Below are positions 9,053 to 18,843 of a stretch of 64,000 nucleotides of DNA, one piece after another (positions within the stretch are counted from its first letter, which is position 1; the number at the start of each line of letters is the position of its first letter). The stretch comes from an uncultured Clostridia bacterium (GTDB lineage: Bacteria > Bacillota > Clostridia > Christensenellales > Pumilibacteraceae). The translations under genes were made by a program, and so were the position numbers. The notes under the pieces were generated by a model. That model did not search any database. It was not told where the DNA came from and saw nothing but the letters and a program-made list of their open reading frames with translations. The stretch covers positions 17,421-81,420 of the forward strand of contig CAMWXP010000002.1 in the NCBI GenBank assembly GCA_947178255.1, given 5' to 3'.

Positions 9053-9628
9053 TTATGTATCGCTTTCTACCGTTTTTGTCAAATCCTGCCACGGCTTGCC
9101 GTTTGCCCAGTCGTCTGCAAACGCCGCCGCCAAGCCGCACGCCTTGTCCATAACGCTTTTGAACGCAGCGGGAATTTTGGACAACACGTAATCGGCAAGC
9201 CCCATATAGTTGGGCTTGGGCCCTATGCCTATACGCACCCGCGCAAATTCGGTCGACCCCAGCTTAGCCACAATATCGCGCATGCCGTTGTGCGTACCCG
9301 CGCTGCCGCTAAGCCGCGCACGGACAACGCCCTTACTCATATCTATATCGTCGTACATGACAAGAATGTCTTTGGGCTCTATCTTGTAGTACCGCGCGAT
9401 AAAGCTCACCGCGTCGCCCGAAAGATTCATGTACGTGTTCGGCTTGACAAGCAAAACCTTTTGCCCGCATATATTGCAATCGGATATATACGCGTTGCTC
9501 TTTTTGTCCAACGCAAAATCGGGCGCACGGAACAAGGCCGCAACCTTGTCCGCCGCCATAAATCCGATATTGTGGTAAGTGTCCGAATAATCGTTACTCG
9601 GATTGCCCAAGCCGACAATAAGCTTCAT
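9053..9628 (-). CDS. pth: peptidyl-tRNA hydrolase
   Basis: LIVGLGNP, TYHNIGF, KPNTYMNLSG, GTHNGMRDI. Confidence 0.96.
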   Translation of the reverse strand: MKLIVGLGNPSNDYSDTYHNIGFMAADKVAALFRAPDFALDKKSNAYISDCNICGQKVLLVKPNTYMNLSGDAVSFIARYYKIEPKDILVMYDDIDMSKGVVRARLSGSAGTHNGMRDIVAKLGSTEFARVRIGIGPKPNYMGLADYVLSKIPAAFKSVMDKACGLAAAFADDWANGKPWQDLTKTVESDT

Positions 9629-9631
9629 AAA

Positions 9632-9841
9632 TTAGTCGATAACGGCGTTAAGCTTTTCGACCAAATCATTTACATCATTTCCGTGCGCGGCGGCAGCTTC
9701 CGCAACCGTCTCCCCGCGCGAAATGGGGCAACCCAAGCAGTGCATGCCCATGTCGAAAAACACCTGTGCCACCTTTTCGTTTTCGGGCGCCAAGCACAGT
9801 ACGTCGTAAATAGTCATATCGGGTGTAACTTTATTAGCCAT
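9632..9841 (-). CDS. DUF1858 domain protein
   Basis: GMHCLGCP...ETVAEAAAAHG; RBS AGGAG. Confidence 0.8.
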   Translation of the reverse strand: MANKVTPDMTIYDVLCLAPENEKVAQVFFDMGMHCLGCPISRGETVAEAAAAHGNDVNDLVEKLNAVID

Positions 9842-9880
9842 GATAATTCTCCTTGCGTTTAGTATGTTCGTAACGGTTTA

Positions 9881-9909
9881 AGTATACACGGGTAAATGAT
9901 GTTTGTCAA
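9881..9909 (-). promoter_or_regulatory. sigma-A promoter of DUF1858-pth-mfd-alkD operon
   Basis: TTGACA-N17-TATACT. Confidence 0.7.
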
Positions 9910-9937
9910 ATAAATTGACTAAGACGTATTATGGTCG

Positions 9938-10052
9938 CCCCTCATCCACCGCAAGCGGTCCCCCTTCCCCCACGGGGAAGGTTATCACACCGCAAAGCTT
10001 AACCACTGAATACCTTCCCTCGGGGGAAGGTGCCCGAAGGGCAGATGAGGGC
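9938..10052. repeat. REP-like inverted doublet (CCCTCATC...CCTTCCCCC..GGGGAAGG family)
   Basis: two inverted copies, each with internal hairpins; related half copy at 60276-60318. Confidence 0.7.
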
Positions 10053-10084
10053 AATTCTTAATTCTGCATTCTTAATTCTTAATT
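10053..10084. repeat. heptamer array (AATTCTT/AATTCTG/CATTCTT)
   Basis: overlaps stop of RadC-like gene. Confidence 0.8.
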
Positions 10085-11047
10085 ATCTTTTAGCACTGCG
10101 CAAAGCTGCGCGGCAAAATCGGAAAGCTCCTCGGCGGTTTCCCTGCCTGCGTACATCGACCCGTCCGACGTGACAATGTTCCACACCATATCGGGCGAAC
10201 GCAAATACTTTACCGCTGGCACAAAAATATACAGCGGGTACCAGCCTTTTTCTCGCGGCGGAGTGCCGATTGTGTAATAGCCGTAATCGCCGAAAATAAG
10301 ATAGTCGAGCATAGTCACGTTTACGTCACCGAGCATATCCGCAAGCTCGGCAACCGCTTGTGCTATATTATAGGTTTGCGGGAACATATCGGGTTCGCGC
10401 CGCGCGATAAAAACGTACTTGCAGCGGTGCTTGCACGCCGAACTCAATATATCGCGCGTAGGCACGCCGTCCGAGCAATAACATTCTATCGCCCGAACGT
10501 TAAACTCCCCGTCCATAAACGCCGCATACGTGCCCGTCGTAAGCTTGCCGAAATACGCGATACCGAAAAAGTCCGCCGCTTCCTGCCTGTTCCTAAACCT
10601 AACCGATCTTTGTCCGCTTGCCAGGCAAAGCCCGAACAGCGCCGGCAGCATTGCCGCCGCCTGCGCCGTTATGTGCGACACCTCCATAAGCTCGGACTGC
10701 GGCGCGCAAAGCACTCCCGCCACCGAGCCGTACCTGTCAATCAGCTTGTGCGAAATAACGTTGGTATCCTTTTGCGGAATAAAAAAGGACAACAGCAGTT
10801 CAACCAGCTCGATATCGCTCAACCCCGTCAAGTCGACGTCGTTCTTGGCGGAAGTGCGCAGCCGCTCCCTATGCCCCTCGTGCGCGTTTTGACTTCCGTT
10901 GCGCTCATCAAGACGACGGCGCAAATATCTTTCCAAATACGGCGCTATCGGAAGTACGTGAGGTGCGCTTTGCTCTGCGACCGCCCCAACCTCGTCCGAA
11001 CATTCTTCCGTATTCGTCTTGTTTTTCGGTTCTTTACCCCTTTCCAT
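10079..11047 (-). CDS. RadC-like protein with degenerate JAB domain
   Basis: HEGHRERLR...ELVELLLSFFIPQKDTN HhH N-terminus; HNHP replaced by RREP, LDH by LDY. Confidence 0.75.
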   Translation of the reverse strand: MERGKEPKNKTNTEECSDEVGAVAEQSAPHVLPIAPYLERYLRRRLDERNGSQNAHEGHRERLRTSAKNDVDLTGLSDIELVELLLSFFIPQKDTNVISHKLIDRYGSVAGVLCAPQSELMEVSHITAQAAAMLPALFGLCLASGQRSVRFRNRQEAADFFGIAYFGKLTTGTYAAFMDGEFNVRAIECYCSDGVPTRDILSSACKHRCKYVFIARREPDMFPQTYNIAQAVAELADMLGDVNVTMLDYLIFGDYGYYTIGTPPREKGWYPLYIFVPAVKYLRSPDMVWNIVTSDGSMYAGRETAEELSDFAAQLCAVLKDN

Positions 11048-11145
11048 AAGTTAATATGAATTTACTGATATTATATTGTTTTCCTTAAATTCAATATATA
11101 CTTTTTATTGTTGCTCGTCAAGTCCTTACAAAAAATTAACGCAAC

Positions 11146-11170
11146 AAAAAAAGGGCGCCCATTCGCCCTT
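11146..11170 (-). terminator. terminator after loaP
   Basis: AAGGGCG/CGCCCTT stem plus U-tract on minus strand. Confidence 0.65.
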
Positions 11171-11172
11171 GT

Positions 11173-11197
11173 AATTCTGCATTCTTAATTCTGAATT
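11173..11197. repeat. heptamer array
   Basis: AATTCTG CATTCTT AATTCTG AATT just past loaP stop. Confidence 0.75.
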
Positions 11198-11199
11198 TT

Positions 11200-11748
11200 C
11201 TACTTCTTTTCCACTATTTCCAGCGCAACCCTTGCCTTGGCCTTGCTGCCGAACATATCGATTTCTATATCTGCGTAGCGGTTGTGGCGGTTGATGTAGG
11301 TAATCATTCCCTCGCAGCCCATAAGCGCGCCCGCCGTAATCGTTACTTTATCGCCGTTGATAAAGCCGATTGAATGCTCCACGCACCGCTTGCCGCGCAG
11401 CAAAAATTCCAGCCGCGCACGCTCGCCGTCGGGCAATGCTATATTGTCCTTTCCGCTGGAAAGCAAGCGTATAATGTCCTGCGACGAGTACACAAACGAC
11501 CCGAACTCGGCAATAAACGTTTTGGGATCAAGACGCGTTTCCACAAATACGTAGCTCGTAAACAGCGGGCGTTTTTGGTATCGTTTTACGCCGCCCGCGC
11601 GGTAGTACGTTTCCGTTTGCGGACAAAAGGGCTCTAACACTTCCGCGGTAAAACCCTTAGTATCGGCAAACCGCGCGATATCCTGTACCACGCGGTTTTC
11701 CTTGCCTGTTCTTACGTAAAACACATACCAATAGTACGGTTCTTGCAT
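11200..11748 (-). CDS. loaP: NusG-paralog antiterminator, LoaP type
   Basis: WYVFYVRTGKE, LFTSYVFVET NGN domain; KOW GDKVTITAGALMGCEGMITYINRHNR. Confidence 0.8.
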   Translation of the reverse strand: MQEPYYWYVFYVRTGKENRVVQDIARFADTKGFTAEVLEPFCPQTETYYRAGGVKRYQKRPLFTSYVFVETRLDPKTFIAEFGSFVYSSQDIIRLLSSGKDNIALPDGERARLEFLLRGKRCVEHSIGFINGDKVTITAGALMGCEGMITYINRHNRYADIEIDMFGSKAKARVALEIVEKK

Positions 11749-11764
11749 TTATCACCTACAAAAA

Positions 11765-12640
11765 TTATATATCGCGTTCTTTGTCGCTGACGAAAGTAAC
11801 GCCCACCATGCCCGCGCCGGTGTGCGCACCGATTACGGGGCCGACCCAGCCGATAATTACTTCGCAGTCGGGACGGATTTCCAAAATTTTGGCTTTGAGC
11901 GTTTCGGCTACTTCTTGGTTGTCCGCACAGGGCAAGTAAACCCTTTTGGTGCAAGCCGCATTGAACTGCTTAAAGAAGTCGGCCATATACGACACGCCCG
12001 CAGCCACGCCTATCTTTTTGGTGACGACGGACAAGCCGCCCTCTTTGTTTATGCACAGTATGGGTTTTATGCGCAGCGCCGTGCCTATTACCGCCGACGG
12101 GCCGGACACCCTGCCGCCACGTTTAAGGTGCATAAGGTCGGTGGGCATAAATCTGACCGCGATATGCTTGGTAATATAATTCATTTTTTCCAGCGCTTCG
12201 GCAGCCGACAGTCCCTCGTCGCGCAGCTTTTCCGCTTCGTCTACGACGATACGCTGTACGCTGGTTGCCGCAAGCGAGTCCAGCACGTACACGCGAGTTT
12301 TGCCCAACTTTTCGTTTACGTTGGCGGCTGCGGTAAGCGCGCTCTGGTACGTGGACGACAAGCCCGACGACAGCGTAATGTGCAGTAAGTCGCCTTCGCA
12401 TTCGCTAAGCACTTTTTCGAAAAATTCTTCGTGCTCGGCAATGTTTATCTGCGACGTCGTGGGCATTTTGCCCGCGCGGATAAGGTCGTAAAAGCCTTTG
12501 TATTGTCCGTCGTTGTCAAAGTCGTCAATGTGCGGTACTTCGTCTATTGTATATACCTGCGATATGTATTTGATGCCACGGTTGTCGAGGTCGCTGCAAA
12601 ATATATCGCACGAACGGTCTGTAGAAAGTGTAAAAGCCAT
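11765..12640 (-). CDS. DegV family fatty-acid-binding protein
   Basis: PTTSQ, ITLSSGLSSTYQSA, HLKRGGRV, GPVIGAHTG. Confidence 0.92.
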   Translation of the reverse strand: MAFTLSTDRSCDIFCSDLDNRGIKYISQVYTIDEVPHIDDFDNDGQYKGFYDLIRAGKMPTTSQINIAEHEEFFEKVLSECEGDLLHITLSSGLSSTYQSALTAAANVNEKLGKTRVYVLDSLAATSVQRIVVDEAEKLRDEGLSAAEALEKMNYITKHIAVRFMPTDLMHLKRGGRVSGPSAVIGTALRIKPILCINKEGGLSVVTKKIGVAAGVSYMADFFKQFNAACTKRVYLPCADNQEVAETLKAKILEIRPDCEVIIGWVGPVIGAHTGAGMVGVTFVSDKERDI

Positions 12641-12676
12641 TTTTGTTCTCCTTAATAAATCATTAGTATGTTGGGA

Positions 12677-13549
12677 TTAGATTTCGCTGCGAAGCTTGTC
12701 AGATATAAAGGTTATGCCTACGGCATTGGCGCCGGTGTGCGCGCCGATAACAGGCCCTATCATGGCGACCTCTATGTCGCAGTCGGGGCGCGCAAGCTTT
12801 GCCTTTTTGAGCATGCCATCGGCAAGATCGCTGTCCGCACTTGCTATGTATACCTTGTGCGGCTTTGCCGCGCTGTCGCGTTTAAAGATGTTTATCATTT
12901 CGGCAACGCCCTTGCTCGCGCCTATCTTCTTTTGCATAACGACAAGCGCACCCGCCGGATCGAACCGAAGTATGGGCTTGATGTTGAGCGCCGTGCCTAT
13001 GTACGCCGAAGGCCCCGATACCCTGCCGCCGCGCTTTAAGTGCATAAGGTCGGTGGGCATAAACCATGTATGAATGTGGTTGACAAAGTCATCCAAAAAC
13101 GCTACCGCTTCCTCGGCGGACACGTCCTCGTCGCGCAAGCGCTCCGCTTCGTCTACAACAAGCCTTGTAGCAATGGTCGCGGCAAGCGAGTCGACTATGT
13201 AAATATGCCGCCCCGTTTCCTGTAATATCTGCTCGGCAACATGGCGCGCCGCAAGCGGCGATGTGGTAAGCCCCGACGATATGGTGACATGCACTATATC
13301 GCCCTCGTACTTCTTTATCATCTCGCCGAAAAATTCTTCGTAGTCGTTTTGCGTAACCTGCGAGGTGGTGGGCATTTCGCCGTCGCGGATTTTGGCGTAA
13401 AAATCTTTAAGCTCGTCGTCGCGCGTAATCTCGTCCTTATGCTCGCACCCGTCGATGGTGTAGTAAGTGGATATGTAATCTATTCCGCGCTCACGTAGCT
13501 CGCTTTTGTATACGTCGCAAACGGTGTCGGTAGATAAATGAAATTTCAT
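12677..13549 (-). CDS. DegV family protein (tandem paralog)
   Basis: same DegV motifs; GGAGG RBS. Confidence 0.92.
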   Translation of the reverse strand: MKFHLSTDTVCDVYKSELRERGIDYISTYYTIDGCEHKDEITRDDELKDFYAKIRDGEMPTTSQVTQNDYEEFFGEMIKKYEGDIVHVTISSGLTTSPLAARHVAEQILQETGRHIYIVDSLAATIATRLVVDEAERLRDEDVSAEEAVAFLDDFVNHIHTWFMPTDLMHLKRGGRVSGPSAYIGTALNIKPILRFDPAGALVVMQKKIGASKGVAEMINIFKRDSAAKPHKVYIASADSDLADGMLKKAKLARPDCDIEVAMIGPVIGAHTGANAVGITFISDKLRSEI

Positions 13550-13796
13550 GTTTTGTCCTCCGATTGACTGCTTTTATTATACTACTTAACTCTAATTTTA
13601 TATAGATGTGAAAGACAAATTACACACTTATACCACACACCACGCCAAAAAGTACACACTTATGGGTGTAGTGTGTCATTTTTATTTTACCCCCGAATCG
13701 GAATATTTCCGACCCTTCAAACAAGCATTTCGCTATTTTACGGCACGAATCGGCTTTATTAGTGTCGATTTGACTTTTTACGCATGTATGCGAAAC

Positions 13797-13825
13797 TTGA
13801 ATATTAACGGTGAAAATGGTATAAT
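13797..13825 (+). promoter_or_regulatory. sigma-A promoter upstream of spo0A
   Basis: TTGAAT-N17-TATAAT; 0A-box-like TGTCGAT at 13763-13769. Confidence 0.55.
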
Positions 13826-13874
13826 TTTCTTAAATCAACAAGAAAAAAATCGGTGATAAAAGGAGTTACTTCTT

Positions 13875-14603
13875 ATGAAAATCAGGGTTATGGTATGTGA
13901 CGACAACGCGGAGTTTACGGCGAGCATAAAAGCGCACTTTGCCACTTCGGACAAGATAGAGCTGGTGGACGTAGCGTCCGACGGCAAGCAGGCTTTGGAC
14001 AAGCTGGTAACGGTGCGACCGGACGTACTTTTGCTCGATTTGGTCATGCCCAACCTCGACGGATTTTCGGTGCTGGAGCGCGTAAACAAGGGCAATATGA
14101 AAATAATAATCGTGTCGGCACTCAGCCAGGAAGCGTTTATTTCCAAGGCGATGGGGCTTGGCGCGGACTTTTATATGATGAAACCGATATCGTTCGGCGT
14201 GCTGGACGAGCGCATAATAGAAGCGTTCAACAACAAACGCCCGTCGGCAAAAAACCGGTCTATGGACGAAAAAATAAGCAATATCTTTATAACCGTCGGC
14301 ATTCCCGCGCACATTAAGGGGTATCAGTACCTGCGCGAGGCGATAAAGATGACGATAGACAATCCCGAAATAATCAATTCCATAACCAAAAAGCTGTACC
14401 CCGAAGTAGCCGATCACTTTAAGACCAGCCCCAGCAAGGTGGAGCGCGCCATTCGCCACGCCATAGAGGTTGCGTGGAACCGCGGAAAGATAGAAAACAT
14501 CAACACCCTGTTCGGCGTGCGCGTGTACAACCATAACGAAAAGCCGACCAACGGCGAATTCATTGCGCTAGTCGCCGACAAAATGCTGTTAGAGAGCGTT
14601 TGA
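13875..14603 (+). CDS. spo0A: sporulation master regulator Spo0A
   Basis: receiver domain (DDN, LLLDLVMP) plus GIPAHIKGYQYLR...SKVERAIRHAIEVAWNRG, KPTNGEFIA. Confidence 0.97.
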   Translation: MKIRVMVCDDNAEFTASIKAHFATSDKIELVDVASDGKQALDKLVTVRPDVLLLDLVMPNLDGFSVLERVNKGNMKIIIVSALSQEAFISKAMGLGADFYMMKPISFGVLDERIIEAFNNKRPSAKNRSMDEKISNIFITVGIPAHIKGYQYLREAIKMTIDNPEIINSITKKLYPEVADHFKTSPSKVERAIRHAIEVAWNRGKIENINTLFGVRVYNHNEKPTNGEFIALVADKMLLESV

Positions 14604-14606
14604 TTG

Positions 14607-14638
14607 AATTCGGAATTCGGAATGCGGAATTCGGAATT
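14607..14638. repeat. heptamer array (AATTCGG/AATGCGG)
   Basis: immediately after spo0A stop; inverted relative to array at 14733. Confidence 0.8.
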
Positions 14639-14664
14639 AAGGGTGGTTATTGCCGCCCTTTTTT
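14639..14664 (+). terminator. spo0A terminator
   Basis: AAGGGTGG/CCGCCCTT stem plus T-tract. Confidence 0.7.
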
Positions 14665-14732
14665 AATGCGGATTTTTGTTGCGCATAAACGCGCTTTACA
14701 ATATTTAATAAGGGCGCGAAGCGCAGTCCGAC

Positions 14733-14765
14733 AATTCCGAATTCATAATTCCGCATTCCGAATTC
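14733..14765. repeat. heptamer array (AATTCCG/AATTCAT/CATTCCG)
   Basis: abuts the -35 box at 14768. Confidence 0.8.
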
Positions 14766-14767
14766 AC

Positions 14768-14796
14768 TTGACACCGTTTTTTGTATTTGCTAAAAT
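14768..14796 (+). promoter_or_regulatory. sigma-A promoter
   Basis: TTGACA-N17-TAAAAT. Confidence 0.7.
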
Positions 14797-14833
14797 ACGT
14801 ATATAAGTACATATATAATAAAGAAAAGAACAA

Positions 14834-15418
14834 ATGAAAAGACTCATTTTGGTATCGTCGCCGCCCGCGTGCGGCAAAACGTTCATATCCAAGCAGTTGG
14901 CAAAAAACCTGCGGCATGTGGTGTACCTGGACAAGGACACGCTTATTCCTCTATCCAAGCAAATATTTCGCGTGGCAAAAAAGCCGTACGACCGCAGCTC
15001 GGACTTTTTTGAAGAACAAATACGCGACTACGAATACGACGTTATACTCGACCTCGGCTTCGAGGCCTTGCAGTACGACGACACCGTGCTTATTAACGCG
15101 CCTTTCACGCGCGAAGTGCGCGACCCCGACTACATAGCGAACTTGCGAAAAAAGCTTGCCGACAATGACGCCAAGCTGACTATAATTTGGGTGGTCACCT
15201 CGCCCGAGGTTTGCCACGCGCGCATGCTGCGCCGCAACTCCGACCGCGACACTTACAAAATCAAGCATTGGGACGAATACATAAAGGGCATCGACTTTTC
15301 CGTTCCGCAAAACGTAGACGGCGGCGAAAAAGACGGACTGATGCTGTTTTACAACTCGTCCGAAGCGGAATTCGTCAAGTCCATGCACGACGTGCTGGCT
15401 GTGCTCGATCCGCAATAA
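14834..15418 (+). CDS. P-loop ATPase/kinase (AAA_33-like)
   Basis: Walker A SSPPACGKT, YLDKDTL. Confidence 0.75.
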   Translation: MKRLILVSSPPACGKTFISKQLAKNLRHVVYLDKDTLIPLSKQIFRVAKKPYDRSSDFFEEQIRDYEYDVILDLGFEALQYDDTVLINAPFTREVRDPDYIANLRKKLADNDAKLTIIWVVTSPEVCHARMLRRNSDRDTYKIKHWDEYIKGIDFSVPQNVDGGEKDGLMLFYNSSEAEFVKSMHDVLAVLDPQ

Positions 15419-15436
15419 TCCGAACTTAATTCGATT

Positions 15437-16195
15437 ATGACAGAAAACACCGAACAGAATTCAATACCCGAACAGCCCGAGCAATATGCCGACTTTAAGT
15501 CCACATTTGCTTCGGTGCCGCAGCAGGACAAGCGCCGCGCATACACGCTGCTTATAGCGGCGGGGGTAACGCTTGCCGTGCTGTTTTTGTCGCGGCTGTT
15601 TTGGCTGTTCAAGCCGGTATTCGACCTTGTGTACTACGGCACTCTGCCTATAATCCTATATTATATCCTTATCGGTATCGTGTTTACTGTGTTTATAATT
15701 CTGCTCAACCGCTATCTGAAAAAGCACTGCGACTGCCGATTGTTTTTGCCGCAAAAGCAGCAAATGGACGTGCCGCGCACGCTGGCTGTTATAATCGTCG
15801 GCGCAATAGCCATGCTGTGCGTAAGCGCGGGCTTTAAGTTCAAAGTAAAAATTCAAGTGGAAATGGGCTCGGGCGTCACTATGGCTACCGCGCTTATCAA
15901 CCTTGCAATATACATTTATTACGGACTGCATTTGTGGCTGGGGCTTACCGCCGCCGCGCTTGTGCAGCGCGCGCTTACCGTATTGCTCCCCACCAAGTAT
16001 TCTGTGCCGTGGGGCGCGATATTTTTGGTCACGGTGTTCGGGCTGATAGAATTCGCGCTGGAAGCGTGGACGACGACGCACTTGTATCCGTGGCTGTACT
16101 ATATACTCACCTACGCGTACGCCTTGGTGTACGAGCTGACAAACCGCAGCTTCCACCTTACGTACTGGGCGTGTATAATAATTTTGGTGCTGTGA
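15437..16195 (+). CDS. multi-pass membrane protein, unknown function
   Basis: about 7 hydrophobic segments; translationally adjacent to next gene. Confidence 0.7.
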   Translation: MTENTEQNSIPEQPEQYADFKSTFASVPQQDKRRAYTLLIAAGVTLAVLFLSRLFWLFKPVFDLVYYGTLPIILYYILIGIVFTVFIILLNRYLKKHCDCRLFLPQKQQMDVPRTLAVIIVGAIAMLCVSAGFKFKVKIQVEMGSGVTMATALINLAIYIYYGLHLWLGLTAAALVQRALTVLLPTKYSVPWGAIFLVTVFGLIEFALEAWTTTHLYPWLYYILTYAYALVYELTNRSFHLTYWACIIILVL

Positions 16196-16196
16196 T

Positions 16197-18269
16197 ATGT
16201 CGTTTAAGCAAGTCGCAAAAACCGCGGGGAAAACATTTCTCCGCTTTATAAAGATAAACTACCTAATGGTCGCATATATATTCGCTTCCGTGCTGATTGA
16301 GCTTACCGGCATAGCTGTTACGGCGGGCAAGTTCTACATGACGTCGCCGTGGCTGTTCCTGTCGTTCTTAGCGCTCGCCTGCCTTATTTCGCAATACATT
16401 CCCAACCACAAGGCGCGGTACGCGTACTTTATGTGCCTTATACTGGCAAACTTTATTCTCGACTTCGTGTTCATAGTTATATTCGACAGCACGGGCGGCA
16501 CGATATTCGAATACGCAATGCTCAGCCTGCGCCGCGACGCTATGATAATAGTGGAAGTTATACCTATGAGCTTTACGTTCATATTCGTATCGGGCATTGT
16601 TATAGCGCTGTACGGCACGCTCGGCTTTATGTTTACCAAGCGTATCGAGCGCCCCAACGTAGCGTTTTCGGCCAAGATAACTACGGCGGCGCTCGGCTTG
16701 CTCGTAATAGTGGGCAATACTCTTCTCGCCTTTTTCGGCAACTACCGCTTCGATTCCAACGACCTTACGTACAAGCTGCACCAGCAAGAAACGGGCACGT
16801 ATGCCAACAAAGGAATTGTGGGCAATATGTACAACGAGCTTGTGCGCGGGCTGTGGTTTTCCGACATCGACGTCGGCGACACTAAGGAACTGCACGACTT
16901 TATTTACAGTCACACCACCGAGCCGACTCCGCTCACGGGCAGAGCCGACGGCTTTAACGTGGTGACCATTCTTTGCGAAAGCTTCGAGTGGTTCACATTC
17001 CTTTACGACGCCGACAAATTTCCCAACGGCTTTGCGCGTCCTATCGACGGCGACGAACGCTCCGCGGACGAAATTAAATCAGCGTTAAAGCAGCTTTACC
17101 CCAATTTTTACAGAATGTACGAAAGCAAGTCCACCGTTATACTCAACAACGCGCACTCGCTGGAAAAGACCGACATTTCGGAAAACAAGTCGATACTGGG
17201 CAACTATCCGCTGTTGTACCAATACGTAAACTACGGATATCCCGAAAACTCTCTGCCGTACAGCATGCCCAACGTGCTAAAAACGCTGTTCGGCGTGGAA
17301 AGCAATTCCTTCCACAACGGCGACAAAACCTTTTACAACCGCGACATTCACCATACCAATGCGCTCGGCTTTAACAGCTACACAGCGGGCGAGGATATTT
17401 ATCCCCCCGACGAGGATGGCGGCGGCTTGGGCGAACGCCGACTGGACTCGGTAATGTTCGATACGTGCAAGGAACAAATGTTCCCTGAGGGTCGCAGATT
17501 CAACACTTATATAACCACCATAACCCAGCACGGTCAGTACGCCGAACGCGAAAACCTGCAAGACAACTATGCAAAAATGGACGAGTACGGTATTCTCCCC
17601 TTCGACGAGGACGACGAAGACGCCAACGCGCTGCGCTACTACTGCGCCGCGGGCATGGATACCGACAAGGCAATAGGCATTATGCTCGACTATTTGGACG
17701 AGCACGACTTGGCGAACAAAACGCTTATAACGATGTTCGGCGACCACAACGCTTACTATCAAGGCATAAGCAACTATGCCAAAAACATTTACTTTACAGA
17801 CACTGCCGACTACACCGAGCTGTACCGCGTGCCTGTAATGATTAAGGTGGGCAACAGCGACTTGGGCAATCCCGTAGTAAACAAGTTCACCTGCACAAGC
17901 GATATTTACCCGACAATACTCGACCTTTTGGGCGTAACCGTGTTTTCCAACCTGACATACGGCGTGACCGCATTTTCACCGCAGGAGTCCATACTGTACT
18001 CCCGCGCCTACGACAAATTCCTTACCGACAAGATTTACTTTAACAGCCTTAGCAATATCATATACAAAGCGCCCGACGTGGACGAGGAGTATTTGACGGA
18101 CATAGAACAGCGCGCCACTGTGCTGCTCGACAAAATTTCGCACCTTAACCGCATTTTTGCGACAGACTACTTTAAGGGCGGCAACACAACCGAATTCAAC
18201 ACACTGCTTAAAGCGGTAAACGAGCAACCGATAAGCGCAAGCAAGGAGGTAACAAGCTATGCGGCCTAA
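16197..18269 (+). CDS. LTA synthase family / sulfatase-fold membrane protein
   Basis: 5 N-terminal TMs, CESFE metal site, KTDISE (catalytic Thr), TITQHGQY, FGDH. Confidence 0.8.
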   Translation: MSFKQVAKTAGKTFLRFIKINYLMVAYIFASVLIELTGIAVTAGKFYMTSPWLFLSFLALACLISQYIPNHKARYAYFMCLILANFILDFVFIVIFDSTGGTIFEYAMLSLRRDAMIIVEVIPMSFTFIFVSGIVIALYGTLGFMFTKRIERPNVAFSAKITTAALGLLVIVGNTLLAFFGNYRFDSNDLTYKLHQQETGTYANKGIVGNMYNELVRGLWFSDIDVGDTKELHDFIYSHTTEPTPLTGRADGFNVVTILCESFEWFTFLYDADKFPNGFARPIDGDERSADEIKSALKQLYPNFYRMYESKSTVILNNAHSLEKTDISENKSILGNYPLLYQYVNYGYPENSLPYSMPNVLKTLFGVESNSFHNGDKTFYNRDIHHTNALGFNSYTAGEDIYPPDEDGGGLGERRLDSVMFDTCKEQMFPEGRRFNTYITTITQHGQYAERENLQDNYAKMDEYGILPFDEDDEDANALRYYCAAGMDTDKAIGIMLDYLDEHDLANKTLITMFGDHNAYYQGISNYAKNIYFTDTADYTELYRVPVMIKVGNSDLGNPVVNKFTCTSDIYPTILDLLGVTVFSNLTYGVTAFSPQESILYSRAYDKFLTDKIYFNSLSNIIYKAPDVDEEYLTDIEQRATVLLDKISHLNRIFATDYFKGGNTTEFNTLLKAVNEQPISASKEVTSYAA

Positions 18270-18840
18270 CGTTAATATCCTGTGCGCAAACGAGTTTGCA
18301 CTCGCCATTGCGCTGACCGTGTTTATACTGCTCACAGCAATCCTTACGCTGCTGCTTACTGCGCTTGCCGCAAGCAAAAACTTCCGTGCGGTATTCTTCC
18401 GCGAAAAATCATCGCGCAAAAAGAAATCGGCAAAAAAACAGCCTGCCGCGGTATCCGAGCCCACGCCCGTAATGCCGCACGGCGGCGTTGACACAATACC
18501 CATCGACCCGCCCAAGGCGGCGCGCCGCACGGGTACGCGCAAAACGGCGGAAGACGACGTTCCCGAATTTTTAAACGCTATCCCCACCGTGCCGCTTGGC
18601 GGCTTTCCCCAAGCAGCGCCCACCCCGCGCGGCAAAGGGCGGCAGAGCATGCGCATAGCGGAAATTCCCGATGAAACCGAAGACGGCGGCACGTACGTCG
18701 CCCGCTCCGTAACGATAACGCGCGCACGGCCGGTTACACCGACAAAGCCGGACAACAAGTCCGTCAAGGACAGCAAAACCGAAAAGACGGACAAGGCGGC
18801 AACAAGCACTGCGCGTACGCCCAAAAGGGATAAAAAATAA
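18259..18840 (+). CDS. hypothetical protein (single TM plus K/P/T-rich tail)
   Basis: AGGAGG RBS; operon packing. Confidence 0.55.
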   Translation: MRPNVNILCANEFALAIALTVFILLTAILTLLLTALAASKNFRAVFFREKSSRKKKSAKKQPAAVSEPTPVMPHGGVDTIPIDPPKAARRTGTRKTAEDDVPEFLNAIPTVPLGGFPQAAPTPRGKGRQSMRIAEIPDETEDGGTYVARSVTITRARPVTPTKPDNKSVKDSKTEKTDKAATSTARTPKRDKK

Positions 18841-18843
18841 ACA

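Noticed and set aside
9018-9140. N-terminal extension of Mfd in the ORF track
   Set aside because: Overlaps pth in another frame; lacks RBS and Mfd similarity
14607-14765. Heptamer arrays or this inverted pair as a CRISPR array or MITE
   Set aside because: No unique spacers, no cas genes; the interior is an ordinary terminator and no TSD is visible
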